64,000 nt of DNA from contig NC_087469.1 in the NCBI RefSeq assembly GCF_036321535.1, positions 7,998,001 through 8,062,000 on the forward strand, written 5' to 3'. Of this stretch, positions 14,901-28,416 are shown piece after piece (the stretch's first letter is position 1; the number at the start of each line of letters is the position of its first letter). The notes beneath the pieces were generated by a model, which saw only the letters and a program-made list of their open reading frames with translations, had not been told where the DNA came from and made no database searches. The DNA comes from Camelus dromedarius. Taxonomy: Eukaryota. The position numbers and the translations under genes are program-made.

Positions 14901-17900
14901 TCACTAAGAGGCAAAACACATGGATTAAGTCAATGCACACAGATACATGTACATCCAGGAGTTTTAGGTGCTGGAAGGACCCTCATGCTCCCATTTTACA
15001 GCGACATAAATGACTTACGCAAAATCACAAAATATCTCCATCGGCCAAGATTTAGGCCTGAGAATTTCCATTCTGAATTTACCATAAACTTATCATCACA
15101 ATCCAAAATAACATTTAAGTTTCTCAAATCAGCTTTAAAGCAAAGAAACTCCAGTTATCAGCCCCCAAAACTAGAAATTTGGGGTCTTCTAGCCCCTTCC
15201 CCACAGCCACCCCACAGAAGCTGCCATCAACTATACTCAGGGGACTCACCAGTTCCCGAATGTCTTTCAGCATCCCCTCCAGTGTGGTGAACTTGCCCCC
15301 GAGGACAGCCATTCCCAGTTCAAATTCCAGCTCTGGGATTTCCACACTACATGTCTCAGACTGTGAGATGAGAGATCAAGTTAGGCTTTAAATCAGGAGC
15401 CACTAGAGAAAGCTAACCAGAGTCCTGTTGCCAAATTAATACCACCAAGGACAGCTTGGGGACAAAGTCAGCTGTCCCAGTTTTCTCTGAGTCTCTAGTT
15501 AAAGCCAGACTCACTCCTGGAACCAGCCTAAAAGGGGGCATTCTGAGTCATGGCTTCAAGCTGGCAAGCATCCTGTCATTAGAGGCCAGAAACAAGGGCT
15601 CTTACAGACAGGAGGCAAAAGGCTGCCAAGTCATCAGAAAGAGCCTTTCTTTCTGGGTCACCTTCTGAATCTGCACTTCCAACCATAGATAAACTATGCT
15701 CAGGGATCCTCAAACCCAAGTAAGGAGATACCCCATGACCCCAGGACATAATCAAAGAAAGACAATTTCCCCTCAGCAGGGACAGCCACATGCGGAGAAT
15801 TTCCCAAGCAGGCTGTTACCTTGAGCAGGTCTCTGGTCATATCTGAGGGATCTGTGATGTGGAAGGTGATCCTGGTGCCCAAGGGCTCCACAGCCCCTCC
15901 AGATTTCACCTGCATAGACAGCAGTGTCAGGAGCAGCAGCAGAGGAGACCCCGATCCTTACCTGGTGCGGGGAGACCTCGGGGGTAGGCCTGGACCTCCA
16001 ATCAGGCCCTCTAACAGCTACCATGGACAGTGCCTTTTAAACCCATAGTTGCAGCAGTCACCCAAACCAAACACAGAACACTCAGCCCAGGAAGCTGCCA
16101 AAACTTACCCCAAATTGCCAAGAAACTGAATTCACCTTTTAAAAAAAAATGACTCTTGGGGTTGAAAGGGACTTCCAACTACAACTAATGTGTAGATCCC
16201 CTTTATAATTTTCTAGTTTAAGAATTTAAACAGTTTATGCTTGAATATACCCTGGGAAAGGGAATGTACAATCCTCCAGGGTGACCCATTCTACTTTCAG
16301 ACAGATCTAGAAAGTTCCTTATTACTAAGTCAAAATCTGCCTCCCTGCAATTCCACTCCTCTGAGGGGTAGATCAAAAGTGGGTCTCTCTTCCACATAAC
16401 CAACTTTAAATACGTCTTCAATAAGCTATGCTGTCTCTAACTTTTCCTCTGTAATTCCTAGTCCCTTCAAGAGCTCCTCACCCTAAGCAGCTTTAGAATG
16501 GATGAAAGTTAGGCGTTACCCTCAAGCTAGCCTTCCCCAGTGATGACGCCCACCCACCTCATTGGTCCGATGGCCGCAGTTCTCGCAGTTGGTGGCCATG
16601 ATGATAACCTCCTTAAAGTGGGGGATTTCTGGCAGGGGGAATTAAGGAAATCTGCTTCCAGGATAGCAAGACCACCCTCTGGGGAAGAACAAACCCAAAC
16701 ACATAGTTGCTGGTCCCAGGATGCAGGAAACAGATCACAAGAAGCAGCCTAACACAGACTGCCCCCCAGAAGAGGGCAAGGTCACACCCCACGGTGATCC
16801 CTGTTCACCAGTGTTTGACAACATGGCTCAGCTCACACACAGGAGCCTAGAGACCATGGCCTGACGCTCTTTGACCCCAAAAGCCAAGGTGCACAGTCTC
16901 ATCAAAGGCAACATCCTCCTCATCACTCGGAATAAAGCATGTGCTTTCCTTGAAGGGAGTACTCTCCAGCCTGAACATAATCTTCATGCCTGAGTCAGAT
17001 GAAGGGCAACCCAACTGCCTGATGAAAGATACGAACTAGCTTCATGTTGGTCTGGGCCGGAGCATTGCACTCCGGGCAGTTTGTGTTGAACTGGAGCACC
17101 TGCAACACAATGTGGGGATGCAGGGTGAGGCCTCCCAGGCGGCTGAACCCTGCTCAGGCTAAAGACACTCAGCTGGTATGCTGGTGGCCGCCCGTGTTGG
17201 TGGTGAGGAAGAGAGACACTGAATAGCACCAGTCTCAGCCCACAACTCTGCTCCTTCCTCCACTGTAGCCAATGGGACTCACTTCGTTTCTGAGATCTTC
17301 CTCTTCTGGCTTCTCTTCTGGTGCCTCTGCCTAAAGTAGCAGAGATGCAAATCAGACGTCACATAGATCTCAGCCTCCCCAACACCCCGCCCTAGAGGGA
17401 AAGAAAATGCTCTGGATGCTTATGTCAGTTGCCACCTCATGGGTTTAACAGAGAAATCAGAAAGCAAAGCCCCAGTCAAGGGAAGAACAGAGCTTAAGAC
17501 AGAATCACAGCCCCTGCTGTTCTGTGTTGTAAAGTTTATCCTAAGTCCTTCCATGAGCTGGATGAGAGGCACTCATGTGCTGAGACAGGATGCACAGGAC
17601 GGCAGCAGCAAAATAAGTTCCCACTGACTCCAAGCAATCCAGAGTGCAAGATAACTCCAGAGCATTCTTCTGGCTTCTTCAGTGCACTTACCTGGAGCCC
17701 CAGGATCTCTTCCTGCTGTTGAGTCCGGTTATAGTGTGTGATCACCAGGGCATCATCTTTCCGGGGAGCGTGTGGGTTTTCCACAAAGCTGTTCCCTGAG
17801 GGATCATCAATGATCTAACAGATGGGTAAAGAGAGCAGTTACAAGAAATCACATGCAATCCTCCACCTGCCATCAGACTACTCAGGCACCATAGTAGAAA

Positions 17901-20221
17901 AATCTCAGACAGTCTTAATGGTCTCTCCTCCCCTAAATCTAGGGCACCTAGAGTCCCTCAGTACTCACCAGGGTGAAAGGAGAGGCAACCTGCTTTAGCT
18001 CTTTCAGTTTGACAATGAACTCATCAATACTTTCAGCCATGGCTTCTTCGTTTGCCTGACATGAACAGAGAGTAATAGCATCGACCCTGGTAACAGACCT
18101 TGTGTCCCCACTCCGTCATGCCCACATCACTTCCAACAGGAAGTCACCGTCCATCTTAGTTTGAGTGGAAACAGAGACTCAGGCTTCACACTAAGAAGTA
18201 GCAAGTGAGCTAGAAGTTTACGGGGGGGTGCCAGACGAGCCTTATTTTCTCACTCATTCAACCACTTAGCCCAGGCCTTCATGCCAGGTTACAGACAACA
18301 GTATATAAATCAGAGTCCTCTTATGGGGCTCCACAGCCAGTTAAGAAGACAGATGACTAAATGTGCAATTATATTATTTCATACATATGTGTGAAATATC
18401 CTAATATATATAAGATACAATGGAACACTCAGGAAGTACAGATAAACCCAAGGGTATTAGGAAAGGCTCTTCAGAGGTAATATTACAGTATCTGTCTGAG
18501 AAGAGGCCTCAGAATACACTGGGGGAAGGGCAATGGAAAGGACAGCGGTACAACACAAGCAACATCCAGGCAGCCACAGCACCACAGCATGCTTCCCCCC
18601 AAGTTCTCCAACATTCAATCAGAGACAGTTCAGCTACACAGGAAGCTCAACAAGTATATACAACTATATACTATAATTATTCCCTGAGCTGCTGCAATCA
18701 GAAAACCCTAGCTCACCCTTCGTGTGGGCTGATCCTGCTCCAGGCCAGAGATAGCACGGCTGATCAATCCTTCAACAGTGGTCAGAGCTGGTCAACAAGA
18801 ACAAAAGATAGGTAAGTCTGGCTCTCCTATCAAGTGCCTGTAAGAGCCTGGGCATTTCACTTGAACTCTCTGGGCCTTAATGTCATATGTAAAATAGGGA
18901 GGCAGGGAACAAGGTTCCATTCACATCTAATGAGAGTGATGTTAAAGTTCTGTAATAAGCACATCACTGTCTTAGTATGGCTATCTACCATCTCAAGCTG
19001 TTTTTATCTAAGCTTTCCACTTATGTGAAACCAATGAAGATCACAATGATTACATGGCCAAACCCATACACAAGCCACTACACCTGGTACCAGGGATTTT
19101 GCAAGAAAGCAAGATTTCGGCTAGGCATGAACATGAACAGACTAATTATTCTGATCTTAATGTTACCTCCTTTCTGGCTGAAGGCAGGAATTTCAAAATC
19201 CAGCTCTGGGATCCTAGTGGTGGCAAAGTCAGTCTTCACTACTTCTCTGTTCATGTCCTGAGCAAAAAGAAAAACTCTCAGTCCAGAGAGGTCAACAGTA
19301 CAGGTTCTCTGCAGGAAATAGCACACTGTCCCCCTCCATCAGAGCCCCCGGCCCACTGTTTCTTCCTCTCTCCACTCCAGGGAGTCTAGACTACTCATGT
19401 AGGAGAGTACCTTGATGGAACCAGCTGCCCAAATGGTGAGAGTACCACTCATAGCAACCACTGCTCTCTTGATTCCATCTGACAAAGTTTACAAAGCACT
19501 TTCACAAGTCTCATCTCACCTGAGCAGATGACAGCACCGATGCCATTTTTCAAAGGCGGAAACTGAGGCTTGGACACATAAGGAAATTTGCTCAAGGTCG
19601 GACGGCCTGAACCAGAGCTCTGACTCCAGTCCCCGGGCTTTCTCTAAGACACTAGGGTAACTGCTGTGGTTTCCTCTTACCTCCNNNNNNNNNNNNNNNN
19701 NNNNNNNNNNNNNNNNNNNNNNNNNNNNNNNNNNNNNNNNNNNNNNNNNNNNNNNNNNNNNNNNNNNNNNNNNNNNNNNNNNNNNNNNNNNNNNNNNNNN
19801 NNNNNNNNNNNNNNNNNNNGTGAGGAGGAGGCGCGTCATGCCCTGGGAAAGCAGAAAACAGCTAAGGAAAGAGCCAGTGAAACCCCTATCCCCCTGTCTA
19901 CCGGCCCCCGGGCCTACCTCGCCTTCGGGTCCCCAGCTGGGCCCACCTGACCGGATCGCCGACTCTCCCCGCCACAACCCACCCCTAGACCCCAATCCCT
20001 CAACCCCGTCTCAGCCCAACCCTCCAGGTGTCCATGGCCGCGCCCCGCCTCACGTTGCGGTAACAGTTCATGCACAGCGACTCAATCTCGGTGGGCTGCT
20101 GCTCCTCGTCCTCGGCGCTGAAAGGTCGGAACAAGTGCCCCGGCCCCGGAGCCCGGGCCGCTGCGGGCGAGGGGGCGGCAACCCCCGGGGGCCCGGGCTC
20201 CACAGCCCCGCTGGCCGACAT
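11982..20221 (-). CDS. ZPR1: ZPR1 zinc finger protein (ZNF259), 14 exons, 458 aa
   Basis: Exons 20054-20221, 19681-19842 (internal N gap), 19167-19257, 18717-18787, 17969-18055, 17692-17814, 17283-17330, 17033-17099, 16558-16628, 15820-15909, 15250-15360, 14513-14599, 12817-12882, 11982-12116 (TAG). Sum is 1377 nt. Zinc-finger motifs CMNC and CPEC...CENC are visible. Confidence 0.97.
13590..14400 (+). mobile_element. HAL1 / old L1 ORF1-like fragment in ZPR1 intron 12
   Basis: A-rich, with motif ccagattcaaagg...gacccacaccaaagcacatc...aaatttca typical of HAL1/L1 ORF1. Confidence 0.5.
19685..19819. other. Assembly gap (135 N) inside ZPR1 exon 2
   Basis: N run flanked by exon-2 coding sequence on both sides. 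Confidence 0.98.
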
Positions 20222-20650
20222 CCCCACCACGCGCAACTCAGGCGCCGACTTCCGGCTTTTGCTGCCTTTGTGGCCCCTCCCCTTCCTCCGGCACTTCCGC
20301 CAGCTGCAGCCCCGCCCTTTCTTAAAGAGGCCGGGGATTCTGGGCCCTCGGGGAAACGTACCTGACGCGGTTTCCCAGTTGCCGGGATTATTTGATCCTG
20401 ATTCCCATAGCCAGCTGGATCCAGGAGTTGCCTCCACCTCAATTCAGGCGTCACCGCTCCAGGACGTCCTCTCAAACCCAGGACAGTTTTTTGCTCCTTG
20501 CAGTAACTCCGTCGCACTAGATTCTAACTATTGGTCCGCAAGTCTGACTGCAGGACCCTTGACCACAAGGGATCTGACTGTCCCTCGGTATCCCCGAGGA
20601 GGTGCGCTCTGACCCGGGATGGCTTGGATCCACTGTTGGGCCAGACGCTG
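19820..20650 (-). promoter_or_regulatory. ZPR1 CpG island / promoter with ETS motifs (cacttccg, gacttccgg)
   Basis: CpG-rich around exon 1. Confidence 0.7.
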
Positions 20651-22305
20651 CTTTGGCTCTAGATCCCCCTCCCTTAGTCCCTCCATCAGTCTCTCCCTTC
20701 CTGTTCTTCTCACTCCCTATTTCTATCCTCATAAACACCTGCCCAAATTCCAGCCTCAAATACACGGCCCTCATTTTCACTCCCACCCCTTCATCCCCAC
20801 CACATCCGACTCCAGCTGAATCACTCCTCCTGGTTTCCTAACTAACGACAACAAAAACACCTCTTCGGGGGGTAAACTTTCCTTTCCAGCACCTCCTCTC
20901 CCTGGGCACCGCTCTCCCAGTTCTGTTGCTAAATCTAGGGTGTCAGGGAAGAAGTCCAGTTTTTAGGTATGATGAGGCCAGATTCATGTGGGGTGCGTGC
21001 TATGCAGGAGTGAGGCAGTGCTGAGAACCCTGTGCACTGCGGGCTAAGCTGGGAGGAAAGAGTGCCGCACAGGACAGTCCAAGGGTACTGGCCTGGGTGT
21101 GTTTACCCTTTCCTTTTTCCTCCTCCCTCTACCTCACCCGCCCCCAATTTCAGAGTTCCCAGGGATCTATAAGGAGCTTGGTTGCCCTCAAGTGAATCTG
21201 TACATGGGGAATGGGGAGTTAAGAGTTTGGGGGTCCCAAGAAGGTCAGTCATGAAAAGGGGCATTCAAAATCTGATACGGTGGTGACAAAGGAGACAGGC
21301 TACCTCAGGCCCCTGCACCTCATGCACACAGTCCTGAGGTAAGCAGGTGGGTGAACAATGCATGTGCAGAGAAAGGGTCTTTAACCTCTAACCTGGGACA
21401 CCCCAGGCATGACAGGCAGCTGTCAGCCCAGCCAGAGCAAAAGCCCTCTGACAGACCTGGGCCGGGAGGGGGTCAATGTGAAGGAACAACGAGGGTTTGG
21501 AGGGGATGGTGGATGTGCTTTAGGGATAGCGGTAAGGCCACTGCTTTCAGAGATGGTCCACATGAGAGTCGCACCAGGCAAATAAGCTTCCATCATAAGC
21601 ATCTATTTCATTTGTGTCAGAAGTCTAGACTTCAGCCTAGGAATCAGCAGGGAGGGGCCAGAGATGGGGAGAGCCCAAGGTTGGCTCTTCAGAGGGTTTA
21701 AGAAGCCTCGAGTTTGGAGAGTTCAGTCAGCTGTTTAGATGTAGAGCTAGGTGAGGAAATCCGGGCTCTACTCCCTCCCACGGTAACCCACACCATTTGT
21801 CCCCACCAGCAGGGACATATACACACACACTCCTCATACTTTCTTCCTTTCTCCCTTCGCTTCCTCCAACAGAGGCTGTCATGGCAGCCCCAGGGAGAAA
21901 CAAGCTCCTCTCTGCGTACCAGCAGTAGCAGTGGCCACCAGGTGGCCAGAAGTGATTGAAGCCAGGCCAGAGGACGAAAAGGCACAGGCTTCCAGCACCA
22001 TGGTAACAGGCTTATACATAATTATTCACACACTGAGTGCCTCCTCCCTCCCCACTCCCGCCATCCTAGAATGAAGCAACTCAGGATTCCCAAATGAGGA
22101 AGGGGAGCCGGGTTTACAAAGCCTGGTGAATGTATTGCATCTGGATGGGGAATTGCAGGAAGCAGGATATGCCAAGGATGACAGCCCCTTCCGTGGCCTC
22201 AGCTATCCTGTGCAGGGCCCTCCACCCTCTGCCCAACAGGCCACTGTCCAGGACTGAGCCATGCTGGCTCCCCAGATAAGGATCTGGGATTTGGGAAGGA
22301 AACCC

Positions 22306-24093
22306 TCAGGGCTCCCCCTGATGGCCAAGACCATGGTCATGAAGGCTGTAGTTGATGTCTTCCCACAGGTCGTCCAGACGAGCCTGCAGCTCACTCCGGG
22401 CCTTGTCTGGGTCCGCTTGGAGGAACTCTGGGGCGAAGGCGCTGTGACCTGGCGAGGGCGGCGCCAGCTGCTGCTGGACCTGCTCGGTCTCCTGGTCAAT
22501 GGCACGGGTGAAGGCGGCGATCTGCAGGAAGGTGTCCTGGCGGAAAGCCTGGAGTCGCTGGCGCACCTCCTGGGACAGCACCTGGGGGTCGGGTTGGGCC
22601 TCTTCCTCAGCACCATCCGCACCGGCACCGACAAAGGCGCTGAGCTCTTCGCGCAGCTGGTCCAGGTTCTGCTGGATGCGTGCGTGCAGGGCCTTGGCCT
22701 TGCGTGTGAGCTTGCTCGAGAGCACCTGCACGCAGCGGCTGAGGCGTGCGGGGCTGGCGGCGGCGTGCGGCGCCACGCTGCGGTGCAGCTCCTGCACGTG
22801 GCGCCCGATGCCTGTCACCAGGCGCTCGGCGTACGGGTGGAAGAGCGCCTTGACGCGGCTGGTGTGGTGCGCCACGCGGTTCTGCACCTCCTGCAGCAGG
22901 CCCCGCGCCTCGTCCACGCCCCTCAGCAGGTGGGCCTTGGTGTCCTCCCCGACAGCGTGCAACTGCTCCTGCAGCTCCTGCACGCGCAAGGCCACCTGCT
23001 CCATCAGCTCCGAGGTGTAGGGCTGCAGCTGCCGCCGCAACCCTTCCAGGTTCCAGCCCACGCGCTTGTGCACCTCCGCCATGTAGGGCTCCAGGCGCTC
23101 CCTCACCTCCTCCAGCTCCTTCTGCAGCAGCTGCCGCATGTCCACCGGGTCTTGTGGGAGCCCAGGAGGCTCCCTCCCCGGCCCATTCAGAGGGCCCAGT
23201 TTTTCCAGGAACTTGTCCATATCGCTGAGGTTTTGCTCAAGGCTGCCTTTCAGGCTCCTGGGGAAGGGGACAATCAGGCCATCAGACTGCTAGACGCCTC
23301 ATCTCTTTTGCCGCAAAGACATTGCTCACTGATCCTCTGGGGAAACGGAGGATGCAGGGCCGTGGCTCCAGAGCCAGGGTTCTAGTTCTAACCCCAGCCA
23401 ACCGCAACTCCTCCCACAGGAAGTACAAACACAAGGCACATGTGTATTCAGACCAGCACTGCCCAGGGAAGCCCAGATGCACCTGAACAATCCTTTCATT
23501 CTGGAGAAAGCAATGGATGGGTGGGGGTAGGGGGGCGGGGAGGGGGGGAGTGTTGGGATGGGGGAGGGGAGGTCCTCTCCACTGCTCCCAGGTCCCACAG
23601 TTCATTGGGCAAAGAGGCACCAGCCTTAGAGAAGTCAAGAAGGAGGCTGCTGCCAGCAGAGGGTGCTGAACAACCCAGGACTGCCGGGGTAATGGGCAGA
23701 ACTAGCGCCGCTCTTTTCTCTTCCCAGAGAGGACCATGAGGGAATCCGGCAGTGCATCACCCCACCCCCCAAGGTGTCTCCTCCCTTCGCGCGCACACAC
23801 CCTTTCCCTGGCCACTCACGTGGGCTCCCAGGCCAGCTTCTGCTGCTGGATCTGCTCCACCCTGCTTTTGTCCCCGCTGCTCTGGCTGAAGTAGTCCCAG
23901 AAGCCTTTCTGTGCCTGGGTGGTTGATAGCACTGTGGAGAGGGAAGGGATGAATAGGGACCAGGTTTCCTCCCCCGAGGTGGACGGGCCCCTCAGTCCAG
24001 CTTCCGCCCACACCTCCACACTGATGTCAGGGTTGGAGACCCACCTGAGAGGAGGGCCAGAGCCCGGGTCAGAAATGCAGCCACACTTGCCAT
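22306..24093 (-). CDS. APOA5: Apolipoprotein A-V, 370 aa
   Basis: CDS exons 24045-24093 (49 bp), 23820-23931 (112 bp; KGFWDYFSQ), 22306-23257 (952 bp), total 1113 nt. Putative tiny non-coding exon 1 at about 24602-24612. Confidence 0.97.
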
Positions 24094-24637
24094 GATGTAC
24101 TCTGAGAAGAAAGGTGAATGGAGGCCTGGTGAGGGTGAAGAAGCGAAGAAAGGACGTCTCTCAGGGGACCTGCCCAAAACCTGTTAACCCTTCCCTGCGG
24201 TTACTGAGCTGTCAGGGCTCAGGAGGACTGACCTAGGTGAACGTGGCTCAGAGAGAAAGGGTGTCTTCCTCGGGGGGGGGGGGGGCTCCTTTTTCACTTC
24301 AGTTTCATCACATGGAGTGTGGAGCTCAAACTGCTTTGTAAAAATTCCCACCACCACCACCCTCCCCAGACCCCAGGAGCAGCTCCCCCGGCCACTTCTG
24401 CCATCACTCCCCTGCTGACCTGTTCCTGCCCCCATTTCACAGCTGAGAAAACTGAGGTATCCCAGGAGGAAGAAGCAACTCTGCCAAAATGCTCCGAGAG
24501 GAGATCCTTAGTTCTTAGTTCCCACCCCCAGCTCTCTGCTGAGACCCCTCAATCCCCACCCTTAGGACTCCAACCCGCATCTCTCTACCCCGGCTGCTCA
24601 CCTACTCAGTTCTGGGCACAGAGAACAGACATTCCGC

Positions 24638-24884
24638 TTAATAGTCCAGGGTCTAGGCCTCTGGCAACAATTGCTCTGAGTAAATACCACGTGGAGGTTC
24701 AAAGAAGGATGACCTCAGCTGCCTCCCAGTGCTCACCTCCTGCCCTTTCCTGGTACCCAAAGGGTTAATGAGTGCCACAGGATCTGGGTGCTGCCCCAGT
24801 AGAAAAGTACTTCCTGGAAAGTTTTACAAGGAGTGGGCCTGAACTCCTCACCCAGTTCCCCCTAAACCCCATGACCTTCAACCT
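24638..24884 (-). promoter_or_regulatory. APOA5 promoter: TATTAA 24638-24643, E-box CACGTG 24688-24693, IR8 (FXR-type) 24696-24715, DR1 PPRE AGGTTG-A-AGGTCA 24872-24884
   Basis: Motifs read directly. Spacing matches the recalled human positions (E-box -76/-81, IR8 -84/-103, PPRE -260/-272) if the TSS is about 24612. Confidence 0.8.
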
Positions 24885-27800
24885 TCCTGCAGGCCTGCTG
24901 GCTGGCCCACCAATAGAGACCAGCTTGTTTGTCTGCTGAGGGTCCTGCTTTTGCTCAACTGCCCAGAGGCACTGTGCCCCAGCCAGACAGGGACAGTGTC
25001 CAGCTGCCAGCCTGAACCTGAGAAGCCCTTGACAGCTCCACTGTGGGCTACTTAGGCAGCCTGGGCAGAGCCAGCATTTATAGGGTTAAAGAGCCACCCA
25101 CCTTCCACTTTATAAAATAATCCTGGAACAAGCAGGGGAAGTTAGGTGGGGGTGCAGATAAAATAATGAGAGGCATCTGGGCCAGGTCTCTCTGCCCTAG
25201 TCCTGCCTATTCACTTCCGGCCTCATCTGCCACTCAAATCCTTGGCATTCCCTGAGCATGCCACATCTTTCAGGACACTGAGCCTCTGTACCTGCTGTTC
25301 CCTCTGTTTGAAGTATCCCTTGGTGAACTTATATTTATTTTTTTCAGACTTAGTTTGTGTTAGTTAGGATTAGGCTCAGCTGTAAGTGACAAAAAAAAAA
25401 AAAAAACCAGAAAGAGAATAGCTTAAACAAAATGGAATTATATTTCTCTCCCATGTAAACATGGACCAACCAAGGCTTATTCTGTCTTGTTGCACTATCC
25501 TCCTCAACAAAAGCCTCATGTCAAAGTTTCAGCTGCTTCAGTTCCAGCCATCAAGTCCACCTCCCAGCCAGCAGGAAGAAGAGCATATTCCCTCTCTTTA
25601 AAGACACATCCTGGAAATTGTTCTTACCACTTTACTGACATGTCATTGGTCAGAACCTAATCACACAGCTATACTTAGCTGGAAAGGAGAATGGGAAATG
25701 TAGTCTTTATTTTGGATTCCCTAGCTGGGAAAGAGCCATATTACTCAGGAAGAAGAGAAGAATGGATTTGAGAGGACAAGAGTAGGCTCTGCTGCACAGC
25801 TCCAGTGTCACTCTGAATGCCCTCTTCTGCCCTCACACTCCTCTGGATACAGACAATTCCATATTAATCATAGAAAATTTTGTATGTTCCTGGAGTAAAG
25901 CACTTACTATCCTGCAGTGCAGTGATTTACTGACATCTCTGAGAGCTCTCTGAGTGCAGAGACTTTATCTAATTCATCTCCATGCCCCCCTGTTATGTTT
26001 GGCACAGTGGATAATACATAGAAGATTGTGTGACTGAATTCATTCAACTGACTAAGGAACTGAGGTTTTGTCAAATGACTTGTCCATCATTACACAGTAA
26101 GAGGTACAGCCAGCATTGGAACCCAGATGTCTCTTTATTGGTAGTTGCGGGCAGATACATAGGCAGACTTGGGGCTTAAAGCAACTTCTGGGTCACTTTC
26201 TCAAGAATCACACGCATTGGTTTTGCAGACTAAGACAAGGAGGTGATCTTCCCGTTGGTAGCCACTTACAGGTGAGCTTCTGAGACTCATTCCTTCAAGT
26301 GCAAGCTGAGATGGTCGCTTCTCTAGCCCTTCCAACAGTTTTATAAACCTTGTATTTTCTACATTAAAGCCTTTCACACTTGAAAAACATAGAGTAGCTT
26401 CCATTTTTCTAACCGAGCCTAGATTAATACAATAGGTAGATGTAGGACATACTCATGCTTCCCTATTTGCTGAAATCTGAGTTTCAGCTTTTTTAATGTT
26501 TGGGTTGATTGGAGGTTTTTGTATATGTATATGTGTTAGGGGTTTGTGCGTGAAACCATTTTAAAAAATTGTAGACAGCATAACATTTCACCCTAACTAC
26601 TTCAACAGACATCTCCTAAGAATAAGGACACTTTGGCATAAACAGAATACCACTATCACACCTATGAAAATTAACATAATTCTTTAACACCATCTAATAT
26701 ATACTACATGTTCAAATTTTCCCCATTCTCCAAAAAAAAAATGCCTTTTATAGATATTTTTCTTTCTTTTTTTCTTTTTAAATTCAGGATCCAATGCATT
26801 TCACCAAGTTGTTTCTCCTCTGTCCTCTCTTTTCATTGAGAACAGTACTTCCCAACCCTTGACATTGACTTCTTTTGAAGAGTTCAAAGATGTCTTGTAA
26901 AATGATCTGGCTTGGACTGTTTGTTTCCTCATCATTAGACTGAGGTTAAACATTTTTGTTCATATCTTTGGTTTTGAAAACAAATCCCCCCAAAAGCTCT
27001 TTGAAATATTATTGATGAAGGGACTACTTTAGAGGAGGTGCTATAAACAATGAATAACTAAAATATTAGACCAAAGTAACATGGACGATGGGAAGAGAGA
27101 GATCAAACTGAAAGCATTCTGCAGTCTTTGCATTATTCAAGAAGAAGAGGAGAAAGAATATTGATTATCTTTAGACTTTGTTAAATCAAACAGGAAGATT
27201 AAAATTTCAAGGATAACCCATTAAAAGAACACTAAGAATGGATAACTTTCAAACTAGCATATGGGGAAAAGAGACTAAAGAACATCAGAAAGGCTTCCAG
27301 TGAAGGTTGGGGGATTGATTGCATGCATTAGCTCTGCTGTTTTCTGAAATCCCAATAAAATGGCATTAAAGTGCACTTTTTAAAAAAAAAAAAATGCATA
27401 GATCCACAAAGAGAATAGCAGAGGAGACAAAAGACATTTTGGAAGCTGGAAAGCTTCCAGGTGGTTAAACGGTAGTAACTGGACGTACCTGAGAAGATAA
27501 ATTTTGAAACAACAGTGGGGAAAGCCACGAAATGCCCTAATTTGTACTACTGAACTCCTGAAAGCTCAGACATTAGCAGCAACTAATTCTTCTGGAAGCA
27601 TGGGTGACAGTGAAGCTGAAAATGTGACAATTGGTTAAGAGTCAGTTTGAGAAGCCAATGTCCTTTCCAGCTTCGCTCAGTGGGGTTACTGTCCTTCTCC
27701 TAAGCAGCAGGAAGCCAGAGGTTTATTCTCTGGAGAGAGTAAAACTGGGTCTGTGTCCTGGGGATAACAAGATATTGTTGGGGGCCAGGGTTCTTGTACT

Positions 27801-28314
27801 CAGAAATAGAGGATTTAAGTAAAACTTTATATATTAAGTGACGCGTCTTCTTCCACACGCCATCCCTCTCATTGGCCAAAATATTGGCCAGTTCGACTTT
27901 ATCTTCCAGGAAGGAGACTGAAACATTCTCCCTGAGAAAGTAGACTAACCCAAGGGAATAGACCTGAAGAAACTCTTTTGAGGGTTTTATGTGGTCAAAA
28001 TGGTCTATTGTAAAGTAGCCCATGAACTCAAGACTTCACGTCAGCTTCTTTTTTTCTTCTAATTTACTGTAAAAATGTCCCATTATACAGAAAAGTTGAA
28101 AGAATAGTACAATGATCACCCTTACACTTACTATCTAGGTTTCAGTAATTGCTAATATTTTGCAATGTTTGCTTCCTTTCCTCTCTCTATATATGTATCT
28201 TATATGTATGCTTAACTGTTTTGAAGTTGCAGATTGCATGCACTTTTCCTCTAAACAACTTCAGCTTGCATATCCTGAAAAATACGGACACGCTTCTACA
28301 AGATCATAATACTC

Positions 28315-28416
28315 ATGTATGACTGGGACATTGTGCTGTACACCGGGAATTGACATGGTGTAACTGATCATACTTCAATTTAAAAAAAAAAAAAAAGCTA
28401 TCCAAAAAAAAAAAAA
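28315..28416 (+). mobile_element. 5'-truncated L1 3' tail with bipartite poly(A), inserted into an older L1 remnant
   Basis: ...tgtaactgatcatacttcaattt then A-run/gctatcc/A-run; 15-bp TSD with 2 mismatches, aagatcataatactc (28300-28314) and aagaccacaatactc (28417-28431). Confidence 0.65.

Noticed and set aside
19225-19227. ZPR1 DFATT versus recalled human DSAAT
   Set aside because: A single substitution that I cannot evaluate without an alignment.
19516-19995. ORFs spanning N runs (also 29540-29872)
   Set aside because: Artefacts of translating gap Ns.
22261-23385. 374-aa plus-strand ORF antisense to APOA5 exon 4
   Set aside because: Shadow ORF: GC-rich, Leu/Gln/Glu-biased codons leave the antisense frame stop-free. 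No independent promoter or splice evidence.
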